A DNA stretch of 64,000 bases from Pyrinomonadaceae bacterium. GTDB lineage: Bacteria > Acidobacteriota > Blastocatellia > Pyrinomonadales > Pyrinomonadaceae. Location: the NCBI GenBank assembly GCA_046155085.1, contig JBJXEG010000011.1:240855-304854 (forward strand), given 5' to 3'. Numbering within the stretch: the stretch's first letter is position 1; each line of letters opens with the position of its first letter. Below the pieces are notes generated by a model. The model saw only the letters and a program-made list of their open reading frames with translations, was not told the origin of the DNA and made no database searches. Position numbers and translations under genes: made by a program. This document shows, in pieces, positions 16,755 to 27,235 of this stretch.

Positions 16755-18743
16755 GTGATGAAAAACCTGCCCCTTAGTAAGTATCAAACATCGACCAAGG
16801 TCATTTGCGTTTTCTCGCTGCTGATCGCAATAGCTGTCGCCGGCCTTGTGGCTGCTTCGGTTATCGCCTTTTTCTATGCGAGTTTGATAATGATGGGGCT
16901 GCTTATCTCTCTTGTTGGTATCGGTTACCGCATTCACGTAAAAAGCTTGGAACACAAGACAAAGCAGATATCAGAATTTAGCCGCGTCCACCTTGCCACC
17001 GTCGAGGCCCTCGCAACCGCCATCGACGCCCGCGACCAGGTTGGTCTTGGGCACGTTCGCCGAACACAGATTTACGCCGTCCGTATGGGCAATATTCTTG
17101 GTCTCGGGGAAGATGACATAAATGCGCTCCGCACCGGTGCGCTACTCCACGACATAGGAAAGCTGGCCATTCCTGACCACATTCTAAACAAACCCGGCAG
17201 CCTAACCGCCGCCGAACTGGAAAAAACAAAGATCCACCCGCTGGTCGGTGCTTCGATCCTCGCAAACGTCGGCTTTAAATATCCTGTTATCCCGACGATC
17301 AAATATCATCATGAGTGCTGGGATGGCCGCGGCTATCCGGAAGGTTTGAAAGGAAATGAAATTCCGCTGACGGCCCGGATTTTGTGTGTAGCGGATGCCT
17401 ATGACACCCTCCGGGGGGCACGCCCATACCGTCCGGCGATCCCACGCGAAAAAGCCCGGCAAATAATTCTTGACGGTTCCGGAACGCGATTTGATCCTGC
17501 GATCGTGCAGACCCTGATCCGTAATCTCAGCTTTCTTGAGGAAGAGATAAGGGGTCAGGGGCTCGGGTATTCCGATTCGCCAAGCTCTGAGGTCCCGGCA
17601 TCGGAAACGCGCGATCACAATTATGTCGAGCAGATCAAACTGGCGAATCGCGAGGTCTTTAACCTTTACGAGCTCGCCCGCGAATTTAGCTCGTCCGTAA
17701 CACTCACTGAAACGCTTACAATGTTTGCGAAAAAGGTTGGTGAATTCGTTCCGTTCGACACATGTGCGCTTTATATGCTGGACGAGAAAAAAAGTTTTGC
17801 GATCGCGAATCATGTCGAGGGTGATAACGCGGGCGTGCTATCCAGCCGCTCGGTAAGGGTCGGGCAGGGTGCGACGGGTTATTCTTTGAAATCGGGTAAG
17901 ACTGTCCAAAATGTAGATCCGGATCTCGATTTTTCATATTCGCAGATAGAGTTGGCCGGTAATTATTCGACGATGGCATCCGTGCCGTTGATTGCTGATG
18001 ACGAACTCCTCGGAGCGGTGACGATCTATTCCAAAAGTCTTAAAATCTACGGCGAGGAGCATATCCGTCTGCTTGAGACGATTTCACATATTGCCGCCGA
18101 CGCTATCGGCAAATCGTGCCAGCACGAAGAAGCAAAAACGCACGCCCTGACCGATCCGATGACAGGCTTGCCGAATGCCCGCAGCCTGCAGCTCCAGTTT
18201 GACAAAGAGGTCGGGCGCTCCGGGCGTAGCGGGACCAGCTTTCAATTATTGATGCTCGACCTCGATGGGTTTAAGGCGGTCAATGATTCGTTTGGCCATA
18301 AGGTCGGAGACGAGATGCTGCGTGAGATCGGGCGGGTGATACAGGGCCAACTACGCGATTACGACTTTCTTGCACGCTATGGCGGTGATGAATTTGTCGC
18401 CTTGATACCGGAAACGGGGGGCGAGGATGTGATAGAACTGTGTGACCGTATCGAGCGGGCGGTCAGCCAATTTTCCCTTCGCTTTGACGATGACCGGTCA
18501 GCATCGGTTGGTGTCAGCCTTGGTTCGGCCGAGTACCCGCGAAACGGCGAGACATTCGATCAAATGGTAGCCGCCGCCGACAAGGCTATGTACACACGCA
18601 AACTCAGCCGCAAACGCCTGTCGCAAATAGCGAATGCTCCTGTGCATCAAACGGCGCTGGCCACGGAGGATCAGATTCTCAACGACAGCTTTATAGTCGA
18701 ATTGGACGAATCGCATGTCCTCGCGTCCGCGCCCATCAATTGA
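16755..18743 (+). CDS. multidomain c-di-GMP protein: TM - HD-GYP - GAF - GGDEF
   Basis: HDIGKLAIP...HHECWDGRGYPEGL (HD-GYP), a central GAF-like region, and RDYDFLARYGGDEFVALI (GGDEF with I-site). GTG 16755 or ATG 16758 could be the start. Confidence 0.88.
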   Translation: MMKNLPLSKYQTSTKVICVFSLLIAIAVAGLVAASVIAFFYASLIMMGLLISLVGIGYRIHVKSLEHKTKQISEFSRVHLATVEALATAIDARDQVGLGHVRRTQIYAVRMGNILGLGEDDINALRTGALLHDIGKLAIPDHILNKPGSLTAAELEKTKIHPLVGASILANVGFKYPVIPTIKYHHECWDGRGYPEGLKGNEIPLTARILCVADAYDTLRGARPYRPAIPREKARQIILDGSGTRFDPAIVQTLIRNLSFLEEEIRGQGLGYSDSPSSEVPASETRDHNYVEQIKLANREVFNLYELAREFSSSVTLTETLTMFAKKVGEFVPFDTCALYMLDEKKSFAIANHVEGDNAGVLSSRSVRVGQGATGYSLKSGKTVQNVDPDLDFSYSQIELAGNYSTMASVPLIADDELLGAVTIYSKSLKIYGEEHIRLLETISHIAADAIGKSCQHEEAKTHALTDPMTGLPNARSLQLQFDKEVGRSGRSGTSFQLLMLDLDGFKAVNDSFGHKVGDEMLREIGRVIQGQLRDYDFLARYGGDEFVALIPETGGEDVIELCDRIERAVSQFSLRFDDDRSASVGVSLGSAEYPRNGETFDQMVAAADKAMYTRKLSRKRLSQIANAPVHQTALATEDQILNDSFIVELDESHVLASAPIN

Positions 18744-18747
18744 ACGC

Positions 18748-21700
18748 TTAAAACGCTTGGGAGAACCGAAAATGAATGTGGTCTTGCCGCAACTGGTAGA
18801 TCGCGTTTGGAAATATGCCCTGGGGGATGAGAAATCTCGGTGGATTTAGCAGTCGGCCATAGTCAACGCCAAATTCTCCGCCGACGGGCGTTTTTATTCG
18901 AAAACCTAGTCCGACCGTATGGGTCCACACGGCCCGCTGATTTTGAAGCTCCACATTATTTGCGGGAACTGTAGGCGGTTTTAAGATGTCACCGGCGCGG
19001 CGAAATACATTGCCGCCGTCGTAGAACGGCACTGCACGCAGAAATTTGGTGACCGGTATCCGCGCTTCGAGATTTACGGCGGCGAATGCGTTTCCGCCAA
19101 ACGGGACGGTGAAAGGTGGGAGGAAGACCGGGTCGCCTTTGCTGTTGCGAAACGACCCTACAGGTACGATCGCGACGCGCGGCCCGGCCTCTTCGAAATC
19201 AAACCCCCGAAGCGAGTTTGCACCTCCCGCAAAAAACCGTTCACTAACCGGCAAGAGTCCGTTCAACGATGGAAATTGAGCGTTTGTAAATCTGTTGCCG
19301 CCGGAGAATACTTGACCGACGCCAATAAGCGCTCGAGCGGCGAGCGTCGTATTCCTTAACCACGGAAAGGTGTAGTAGATATTGTAGCTGGCCTGAAATT
19401 TGTGAAAGCCGATATTCGCACCGAGGAAGGGAATCGACACGTTGTAATCGGCGGTCAGATAATCACCCTTCGTAGGGTCGCTCGCATTGTAGCGGCAGGC
19501 GGCGGTCGGCTCGCCCTTGGCTATCAGTTCGAGCAGCGAATATTTGACCGAGCAATTTTGACGCGTATCGCGGACAAATGTCGTGGTAAAGCCCGATATT
19601 CGCGTTTGGGCGTCCGGCCGCAGCAGATCCTTGATAAGCAGGCTTTCGATGTTGTAGAGACGCACATCCTCAAACCGGTACCGGAAAAATAAGATACTGC
19701 GGCTTTTCCGGCTCAGCGTCCGGCTGGTCTCGGCCGATAATGTCAGACGGTTTATGGTCGGACTGCCGGCGCGGGCACCAAATTGGTCGATCGCGTTGCC
19801 GTTGGCATCGATCCGTTGCACGATGCCGAATGTGCCCTTATCAAACACCGAGCGGAAAAAACGTGTAACAGTCGTGTCGCGTTGGTATTGGATCGAGATC
19901 GTAAGAGGCGCATATTTTTTCTCTCCATCCCGGATAAAGCGAGGGTTGATAAAGTCAAACTGGACCAATTGCTGCCGTTGACTCACTTTTACACGCGCTC
20001 CGCCCTGCCATAGATTGCCGAAGAGGTTAACGTGACGAATATCAAAAAAGCCATTCAAGCCAATATCCGTTGAGTATCCGCCGCCATATGACAAGAGTCG
20101 GGCAGGTTGCTCCTTAAGATTAACGATGACATCTGTCAGGCGTTCGCCACCGGGTGCATCGCCTTTTGGCTGAGGCTTAATATCCACTCGGCTAAAGGCA
20201 TCAGTGCCGTAGAGATTTTGTTCGCTCGAATAAACGTCTGCCGCCCGGAGCAGATCGCCGGTGCGAAATGTTAGGGCCCGCATGGCGGCGGCCGTTTTGG
20301 TCTTGCCGTCATTATTGATAAGGATGCGGTCAATCCGAACCTTTTTACCCTCGTTCTCGATCTTAAATTCAAGATTTACTTCTCGTTTATCAGCACCGGC
20401 CGCGATTGGCGTCTCAATAACCGACGAGACCACGCGGGCATCATAGTAGCCACGCTGTGAATAATATTGCGAAAGTTTTTGGACAGCGTTCCGCATTCTC
20501 GCACGCGAATAATTTCGCCCAGTGAGAACCGGCAGCTCGGCGGTCAATTCCGTTGTCGGGATCGCCAAATTACCCACAATACTCACATCGCGGACAACGG
20601 TTGGGACGCCCTCCTCGACGACAAATGTAATGATCAGATCTTGGCCGTTTGGCGATACACCCTGATTGACACGCACCTGCGCATCGCGATAACCAAGCTC
20701 CGCCATGAGAGATTGGATCGTCGCGCGGTCATCCTCCAGAATAGTCTCGCTCGTATAGCCATTGCCGTATCCGAGCAAAGGCACCACACCTAAAACCGTC
20801 GCCGTTTGAGAGCCGAGTACGGTCTGAACATCCTCGACGGTCAGTTTGTCCGTACCGGTAATACGTATCTTACTGAGCCGGAGACGCCGGTTTAGAGCGA
20901 CCTGATATGTGACCTCGACCTCACGACCGATGAGGTCCTCGCCGCCCAAAAACGAACACAAAAATTCTGTACCATTTGCTATCGGATTATTTTCGCTGTC
21001 ATTAAGAGTCGGTTTGACCGTACATATCGGCGTTACATTAGCAAAGAAAAATCCCCGCTCCTGATAGTAGTTTTCGAGCCGCCGTTCGCCCTCGACGATC
21101 GCCGCAAAATCGAGCGTCCCATCCCGTTTGATCGGCAAGAGCCGGGTCTGCGTCGCGGCGCCGACCTTCGAACCTTTTTCACCGTCGATCTTAATGGTAA
21201 CGGTCGGGCCGACCTTTCCGGTCAGATCGATAGTTACACTATTACTATCGCTGTCATAAACGACACGGGGCTCATCAAGCTCGGGCGCGATAAAATCATC
21301 TTTTCTTAGAATATTGCGGATCTTTTGGAGATCGGCCGTCAGCCGGTCGCGCGAAAAGTATTCGCCTTTGCGAAGCTTGAGTTCCGATGCGAGAATCGGC
21401 TTTTTACCTCCCGCGATGTTTATACGAAAATCTGCAACCTTTACCTGTGTATTGGGCATAACGCGAAACGTTACGCCGACCTCGTTTTCATTTTGCAGCG
21501 GCCGCCGCTCGTATGTCACCTCAGACTGGTAAAAGCCCCGCTCACGCAAATAATCCAAGATCTCGTCGGCATTGCTGCGGAGCGTTTGCTCGGTTATGGC
21601 GGTACCGGGCGTCAGCAGGTTGAGCTTGAATAATAGATCCTGTTCGAGCACCCTATCGCCGACCGTTGTACCGACGATGAAATCGATTTTTTCAGCCTGA

Positions 21701-22086
21701 GTCTTTCGCTTGATGTTAAAATAGATATCGACGCCCCCAGCCGCATTCGTCGAGGCCGCAACTGTGATCGTGTCGATCTTCTTTGTGGAATACAATGCCT
21801 GGATCGCATCCCGGATTCGCGTGGATGTATAGATCGGCCCGAGAGCTTCTTTCGCAATTTGGCGGTATTGCTCGGCCTGTTGGTTGTTGGTCGGCATCGT
21901 TCCAAAGCTAATATCGACCTTGTCGATGCGTGCCTTTTCGTATTTGGTTTGGGCCGGCGTAGTCATGAAACCACCGCACGCGAGCACGACATACACCGCC
22001 ACCTGCAAGATTTTTGACACACCGCCCCAGGGCGGCGATTTTACGTTTCCCGCCGCATCTAACTGTTTGTCCCGCTTGATACTCAT
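18748..22086 (-). CDS. bamA: Omp85/BamA-family outer-membrane assembly protein, unusually long (1112 aa)
   Basis: About 660 N-terminal residues of POTRA-like repeats. The barrel starts near LSYGGGYSTDIGLNG and ends HFRFSQAF. Confidence 0.85.
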   Translation of the reverse strand: MSIKRDKQLDAAGNVKSPPWGGVSKILQVAVYVVLACGGFMTTPAQTKYEKARIDKVDISFGTMPTNNQQAEQYRQIAKEALGPIYTSTRIRDAIQALYSTKKIDTITVAASTNAAGGVDIYFNIKRKTQAEKIDFIVGTTVGDRVLEQDLLFKLNLLTPGTAITEQTLRSNADEILDYLRERGFYQSEVTYERRPLQNENEVGVTFRVMPNTQVKVADFRINIAGGKKPILASELKLRKGEYFSRDRLTADLQKIRNILRKDDFIAPELDEPRVVYDSDSNSVTIDLTGKVGPTVTIKIDGEKGSKVGAATQTRLLPIKRDGTLDFAAIVEGERRLENYYQERGFFFANVTPICTVKPTLNDSENNPIANGTEFLCSFLGGEDLIGREVEVTYQVALNRRLRLSKIRITGTDKLTVEDVQTVLGSQTATVLGVVPLLGYGNGYTSETILEDDRATIQSLMAELGYRDAQVRVNQGVSPNGQDLIITFVVEEGVPTVVRDVSIVGNLAIPTTELTAELPVLTGRNYSRARMRNAVQKLSQYYSQRGYYDARVVSSVIETPIAAGADKREVNLEFKIENEGKKVRIDRILINNDGKTKTAAAMRALTFRTGDLLRAADVYSSEQNLYGTDAFSRVDIKPQPKGDAPGGERLTDVIVNLKEQPARLLSYGGGYSTDIGLNGFFDIRHVNLFGNLWQGGARVKVSQRQQLVQFDFINPRFIRDGEKKYAPLTISIQYQRDTTVTRFFRSVFDKGTFGIVQRIDANGNAIDQFGARAGSPTINRLTLSAETSRTLSRKSRSILFFRYRFEDVRLYNIESLLIKDLLRPDAQTRISGFTTTFVRDTRQNCSVKYSLLELIAKGEPTAACRYNASDPTKGDYLTADYNVSIPFLGANIGFHKFQASYNIYYTFPWLRNTTLAARALIGVGQVFSGGNRFTNAQFPSLNGLLPVSERFFAGGANSLRGFDFEEAGPRVAIVPVGSFRNSKGDPVFLPPFTVPFGGNAFAAVNLEARIPVTKFLRAVPFYDGGNVFRRAGDILKPPTVPANNVELQNQRAVWTHTVGLGFRIKTPVGGEFGVDYGRLLNPPRFLIPQGIFPNAIYQLRQDHIHFRFSQAF

Positions 22087-22099
22087 CCGCAGCTATTCA

Positions 22100-25000
22100 C
22101 TAAAATCGCCTTCTAAACCGAATCTCAAAGCTAAAATTGTCGCGCGTCCGGGTGACATTACTCAATGGCCTTTGCTCATATTGGGCAACAAACGAGAGTT
22201 TGTTCGAGACACGATATTCCAGAGCCAATACCTGATTTTGATCTTGCGATAAATTTGTCGCATAGGTAACGCGCAAATTGTTATTGATCTGCCGTCCAAC
22301 TGTCAGCCGGGCCGTCGGATTGAGCCGCTGCCCGGAAAGTATCGGGTCGATCTCAAAGACATTCAGCCCAAAGAGCCGGTCTGTTGCCTTACGAGCCGGA
22401 TTATTGATGATCGAATCTGTCAGAATCTCGGCGGCAGTATTGATACCCGTCTGTGCAAGCGTCGGAATTCCGCCGTTTGTATTTGCGAGATTTCCAGTTG
22501 TGATCAATGAGACCACATCGGCCTGCGGCAGTGCAGGAGACGAACGTACGGTCGCCGAAAGCTGCTCAGAGTCTTTTAACGGCCCGTTGAGATTTACAAA
22601 GATCTGGTATCCGGCGATTTCCGATTCGGCCTGAAGATTGATGATCGGGTCGATCGCGGTATTTGGCGGAAATTCGAGTACGCCGCGCTGTACCACGTAA
22701 CGGTCTTTGCGAAAGAAAATAGTACCGCTATTTGCAGTTATGCGGCCCGAGAGACGAGGATTAGAGGCGTCGCCCGTCAAAATAAGCGAAACCGACGCTG
22801 TCAGATCGGCGACATTGTTACGGACGATCAGCGCATCGCGCCCCTCAATGATGAGGTCCAATCGCGGGGCCGAAACCGAGCCACCGCCCGACGCGAGGTT
22901 TGCGTCACGCCGCGCACCGACAACGTTAGCGAGATCGATATCCTTTGAGTAAAGGCTGCGTTTGGCAAATACCCGCCCGCCGATAGTCAACTGCAGATCC
23001 GATGCGGGCGTTTCGCGCCGGCCGGAAATTTCGAGCTTTGCATCACCGGTCGTCAGAAAATCTTTTGGCAGCGGAACGGTAACGTTATTACCGTCGAGCG
23101 AAAACCTAAATGCCTGTATAGACAACCCGTCAAGCAAGCCGCCGCCCGAGGCGACAAACTTACCGCCGCCGAGATAGCCGGTCGCACCATCCACCTCGAC
23201 CTGATTTGTCGTAAAGATCACCCGGGCAGCTAAGCGCTCAACCGTAAATCTATCTGACCCAAGAAAAGTTGCGACCGATCCGTTTACAATGTTGGCCGTG
23301 CCCGAAAGGCGGGCGGTCGAATTAGGACCAGCCAGCCTGACCGCGGTATCGGCAAAGCCTGAGAAAAAGATGTCCTTAGAGGCGAGATTTAAAAGGTTGA
23401 GGTTGACCCGGCCATCGATCGACAAATTATTCACACCATCTGCCGTCAACGCCTTGGTACCGGTGATCGTCATATTTGACCCGCCGCCCGAGAAACGCGC
23501 CTTTTCAAAGTTTATCTCCGAGGTACTAAATTTGATCAAGATCGGCTCGGCCGCCGACAACGGAGTCTCCTGTATTTGGAGGGCAAGCTGAGAAAACGCC
23601 GCCGTGCCATTGAGCGCCGCCGCGGAATATACGCGATTGCCCTTATCATCCAGTTTACTGAGGTTGCCGCCAAATTCGACCCGTCCGGTGCCGGTACCGG
23701 TGATCGGCATTCCCTTTACCTGCGGGATAAATGCTAGAAACGGCTCGATCGGGCTTTGATTGAAATCGGTCGCGACATTAAACGGCAAGTTGTCGTCACC
23801 TAAATTTACCGTGGCTGCGATAACCTGCGGGCGGCCGTTAAGATCGGCTGTCAGATCGGCGGTGAGGATTTGATTAGTGGTAATTCCTTTGAATGTTACC
23901 GGTCCGAGCGGGTTTTCGCCAACCGTGACATTTGGCGCCGTGCCGCTAAAATTTACGTTATATGTCGATGTCCGGTCCGCATTGCCCGTCGCCAAAGAGG
24001 CAAAATCGACATCGCCGGATATCACCGGTATCGCGTCATTTTGCGGGAGCAAGGCCACTAGGAGCGGCACCGGAATCATTTTGCCGCGAATATCCAGATT
24101 GAATGCCGTTGACAGCCGGTCGTAGCTACCTTCCGCCGTCAGACGCCCTGCCCCGATCTGCATCTCGCCGCGCTCCAGATCGATCAGCGTACCCTTAAAG
24201 ACCGCTTTGACGATGAGATTATCGAATGTCTGTCCCGCAATAGTCCCTTTTGCGGCCTCTAAGTTGACCTCGCCCTGAGCTTCGTTTGGCAACCCGCGAA
24301 TATCCACCGTGCCTGTTGTACTACCGTTAAGATCACGGATCCGCTCCGGCAATGTGATCGGCAACGCCGCAAAGAGATTGCCGGCGTTGACGCCCGACAA
24401 GGTCGCGTTAACAGAAATGTTGTTATTGCCAGTATTTGGAATGCTCACGGCGAACACAGCGCTTCCCCCGATGCCCGGCTCCCGCAGATTTCCATTGCGG
24501 AGCTCAACACCCAGCGGCGATACAAGTATGTCTGTCGAAATACTGCCTATTTCGCGCCCGCGTAGCGAGATCGAATCAAGCATCGCACGTCCGTCAACCG
24601 TAGGGTCTGACAGATTGCCCGTCACCGTTCCGTCAAAATTTAGATTTCCCGCAAATTGGACCTGCATCGAGTCCAGTTGGCGTTCAAGCTCCGGCGAGAC
24701 GCCGAGTACCCGGATGAGGCGGTCGATCTCCGACGCATCGGTTGACCTCAGGGCAAGCTTGAGATCTGAGTTTTGATCATTTAGATCGAAACGCCCGGTA
24801 GCGGAAAGCTTGCTTTTTTCGGAATTGAGATCCGCGAGATCGACATTAAATAGTCCGTTGACCCCGCTCAAATTTACCCGGCCGTTTACGGGTATCAAGG
24901 CGCTGTCGGCAGTTCCGGCATTTGCTCTGATGTCGCCATTCAGGCTGCCGCTCGCTGTGCGAAAATTCGTCCCGTTAAAGGTGAGATCGACGTCGCCGGT

Positions 25001-27223
25001 CGTCTGGCCCACAATCGGGATGACGCGCCCGCCATATAGTGCGAGGAGTTTTGATATATCGAGATCCCTAAAATCCCCCGTAAATGTTGACCTGCTCCGG
25101 CTGTTAAAAGCGATTACGGCTTTGCCGTTAAGCTGGCCGTTCATGACCGCAGCAGTCAGCTCATCGAGTGCGGCGCGGTCATTGGTGACGTCAACCTTTG
25201 CGGTTGCTGCACCAAGCGAAACGCTTCCTAAGGCGCCTCCGCCGAGGCTCATATCGGCTGTCGCACGATACCGCCCCGAAGGTTCGAGCACATAGACCGG
25301 CTTTTCAAACCGGACGGCCTCGAGTGTGCCGCCGCTAGGCAAATTGGCAGTTTTCTTAAGAGCGATCTTGCCGGCATCGATGTCATTTGAGTGAACCTCG
25401 ACCCTACCCTGCCTGATCGTGACGCGAACTCCGCCGATATTGAGGCTGCCGAGAATAGCCGCACCGGCGTCGACCTTCGCGACTCGCAACTTGTCAGAAT
25501 ATATGACCGTTTGGGCCGAGGTGTTTTCGAGATTGACCAATGGAGCCTCGATGCCGTCGATGTGCACTCCATTGGCGTCAACCCGGTCCGAGCGCAGATT
25601 CGTGGCGGAGACCTCGGTCGATCTTGTCAGGGCGGAGAAGCGGAATTTGTCCGCCGATACGTTTTTAGCCTTAGAGCCATTGACCGCGAACGTCTCCGAC
25701 CGTATGCCGTCAACATCGACATCGGTGCGCCCCGGGGCGTTTCTTACCCGCACGTTCCGGCCCGTAACGCCCTGCAAGCTGTACTGTTTTGTCGAGAATG
25801 ACCGTGCGCCTGCGTTTGGAGCGGTTATGTTAGTTACTCCATTTGCCATCGAAAAACGTAGATTTCGTGCCGTAAGCTCGCCAAACTCAGTATCCCCGAT
25901 CGCAAACTTCCGTGCCCGCCCGGTGCCGGACTCAGCCCGAAGCTGATTGTCCTTATACTCGGCGAGCGCGTCCGAAAGATACAACCCGCCGATGGTCAGC
26001 GAACCTGATTTCGCCGCCGCCGCCTGCAGCTCGCCGACCCATCGAAAATCGGTTCCCGTACCGCGAACATTCCCGACCATCTTTAGAAAATCAATCCGAA
26101 AATCGTCAAATGTCAACATTTGGGCGATGGCCGTGCCGTTCGCAGTGTAATTTGAGTTGATCCCCTCAACGGTCGCGGCGACATTCAATGCCTTGAGATA
26201 AACGCCGCCGGCCCTTAAGCTGGCGGCGTCCGCCTCGCCCTCAATGTGGTAGTTTTCACCTTCGCCGGTTACTTTGCCCTTAAAATTTCCAACGCCGACT
26301 AAGGAAGTTCCGTTGGCAAAGATGCTTGAGGCCTGCGTCAGATCGACCGACGACTGAATATCGAAAGCGTACTTTGGTGCCGCCCAGTCGGTCAGCGTTC
26401 CGGTAAGAGTTGACTCGCCAATTGGCGTTCGGAGTTCGAGGCTCGTTAGCTCCGCTCCATTGCTATCTGCGATGCCGATCGCGCGAAGGCTGATACTCTC
26501 CACGACATTTGTATCGTAAACAAAATTTGACTCACGCGAGGTCAGGTCAAAATTGTATCGTTTTGGCTCGTCGATAAGATCGGCTGGAGCCGCGGAAACC
26601 TCGCCCTTTATCGGCGAGATCAGAAACAAGATATTTTTTGCGTCACCGGATATTTTTCGCGAGACATCGCCAAAATGCACAACGGTGTCAGAAAGGGAAA
26701 AATTGACCGAGTCGTATTTAAAATTTACGGCCGAGCCCGCCTGATCTTCCACAAGCTTTAGGTTGGCAAAATTTGAGCGTCCATTCTCATCAAATTTTAC
26801 CCACACCTCGGCCCCCGTTACCTCGGTCGAGTCAATATTGATGTCACGGCTTGTCCTGAATGCGAGCAGATCGAGGACGGTCATCTTTAGGCGGGCATCG
26901 CGGATAAAGAAGAGCTTTTGTCCGGACAATCTGTCGTTGAAAGAGGCGTTATGCAGTTCGAGCGCAAGCGGAGATGCCGACAAGCGAAATACATCCGCGT
27001 CGAAAACGATACCGATATCAGCCATCTTTGCCCTGAATTGATTTTTTGTGTAGTTGTCAAAGACACCCGTCCTGAAAAGGACGGCCAGTACGCCTATTGC
27101 GAGCAGGATCGCAGCGGCAACCGCGACGGCCGAAATGAGTATGTTGCGCCGCGTAAAATATCTTCGCCCGACGGACGGTCTATCCCTGCCGTCACTCGTT
27201 TTTCCAAGGTCTTTCTCTGACAT
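22100..27223 (-). CDS. tamB: translocation and assembly module protein TamB (AsmA-like, DUF490 C-terminus)
   Basis: 1707 aa with an N-terminal anchor ILISAVAVAAAILLAIGVLAVLF and a beta-rich body. C-terminus is LTVGRQINNNLRVTYATNL...LALEYRVSNKLSFVAQYE. Its stop lies 13 nt before the bamA start. Confidence 0.85.
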   Translation of the reverse strand: MSEKDLGKTSDGRDRPSVGRRYFTRRNILISAVAVAAAILLAIGVLAVLFRTGVFDNYTKNQFRAKMADIGIVFDADVFRLSASPLALELHNASFNDRLSGQKLFFIRDARLKMTVLDLLAFRTSRDINIDSTEVTGAEVWVKFDENGRSNFANLKLVEDQAGSAVNFKYDSVNFSLSDTVVHFGDVSRKISGDAKNILFLISPIKGEVSAAPADLIDEPKRYNFDLTSRESNFVYDTNVVESISLRAIGIADSNGAELTSLELRTPIGESTLTGTLTDWAAPKYAFDIQSSVDLTQASSIFANGTSLVGVGNFKGKVTGEGENYHIEGEADAASLRAGGVYLKALNVAATVEGINSNYTANGTAIAQMLTFDDFRIDFLKMVGNVRGTGTDFRWVGELQAAAAKSGSLTIGGLYLSDALAEYKDNQLRAESGTGRARKFAIGDTEFGELTARNLRFSMANGVTNITAPNAGARSFSTKQYSLQGVTGRNVRVRNAPGRTDVDVDGIRSETFAVNGSKAKNVSADKFRFSALTRSTEVSATNLRSDRVDANGVHIDGIEAPLVNLENTSAQTVIYSDKLRVAKVDAGAAILGSLNIGGVRVTIRQGRVEVHSNDIDAGKIALKKTANLPSGGTLEAVRFEKPVYVLEPSGRYRATADMSLGGGALGSVSLGAATAKVDVTNDRAALDELTAAVMNGQLNGKAVIAFNSRSRSTFTGDFRDLDISKLLALYGGRVIPIVGQTTGDVDLTFNGTNFRTASGSLNGDIRANAGTADSALIPVNGRVNLSGVNGLFNVDLADLNSEKSKLSATGRFDLNDQNSDLKLALRSTDASEIDRLIRVLGVSPELERQLDSMQVQFAGNLNFDGTVTGNLSDPTVDGRAMLDSISLRGREIGSISTDILVSPLGVELRNGNLREPGIGGSAVFAVSIPNTGNNNISVNATLSGVNAGNLFAALPITLPERIRDLNGSTTGTVDIRGLPNEAQGEVNLEAAKGTIAGQTFDNLIVKAVFKGTLIDLERGEMQIGAGRLTAEGSYDRLSTAFNLDIRGKMIPVPLLVALLPQNDAIPVISGDVDFASLATGNADRTSTYNVNFSGTAPNVTVGENPLGPVTFKGITTNQILTADLTADLNGRPQVIAATVNLGDDNLPFNVATDFNQSPIEPFLAFIPQVKGMPITGTGTGRVEFGGNLSKLDDKGNRVYSAAALNGTAAFSQLALQIQETPLSAAEPILIKFSTSEINFEKARFSGGGSNMTITGTKALTADGVNNLSIDGRVNLNLLNLASKDIFFSGFADTAVRLAGPNSTARLSGTANIVNGSVATFLGSDRFTVERLAARVIFTTNQVEVDGATGYLGGGKFVASGGGLLDGLSIQAFRFSLDGNNVTVPLPKDFLTTGDAKLEISGRRETPASDLQLTIGGRVFAKRSLYSKDIDLANVVGARRDANLASGGGSVSAPRLDLIIEGRDALIVRNNVADLTASVSLILTGDASNPRLSGRITANSGTIFFRKDRYVVQRGVLEFPPNTAIDPIINLQAESEIAGYQIFVNLNGPLKDSEQLSATVRSSPALPQADVVSLITTGNLANTNGGIPTLAQTGINTAAEILTDSIINNPARKATDRLFGLNVFEIDPILSGQRLNPTARLTVGRQINNNLRVTYATNLSQDQNQVLALEYRVSNKLSFVAQYEQRPLSNVTRTRDNFSFEIRFRRRF

Positions 27224-27235
27224 TTATCCCACTTG

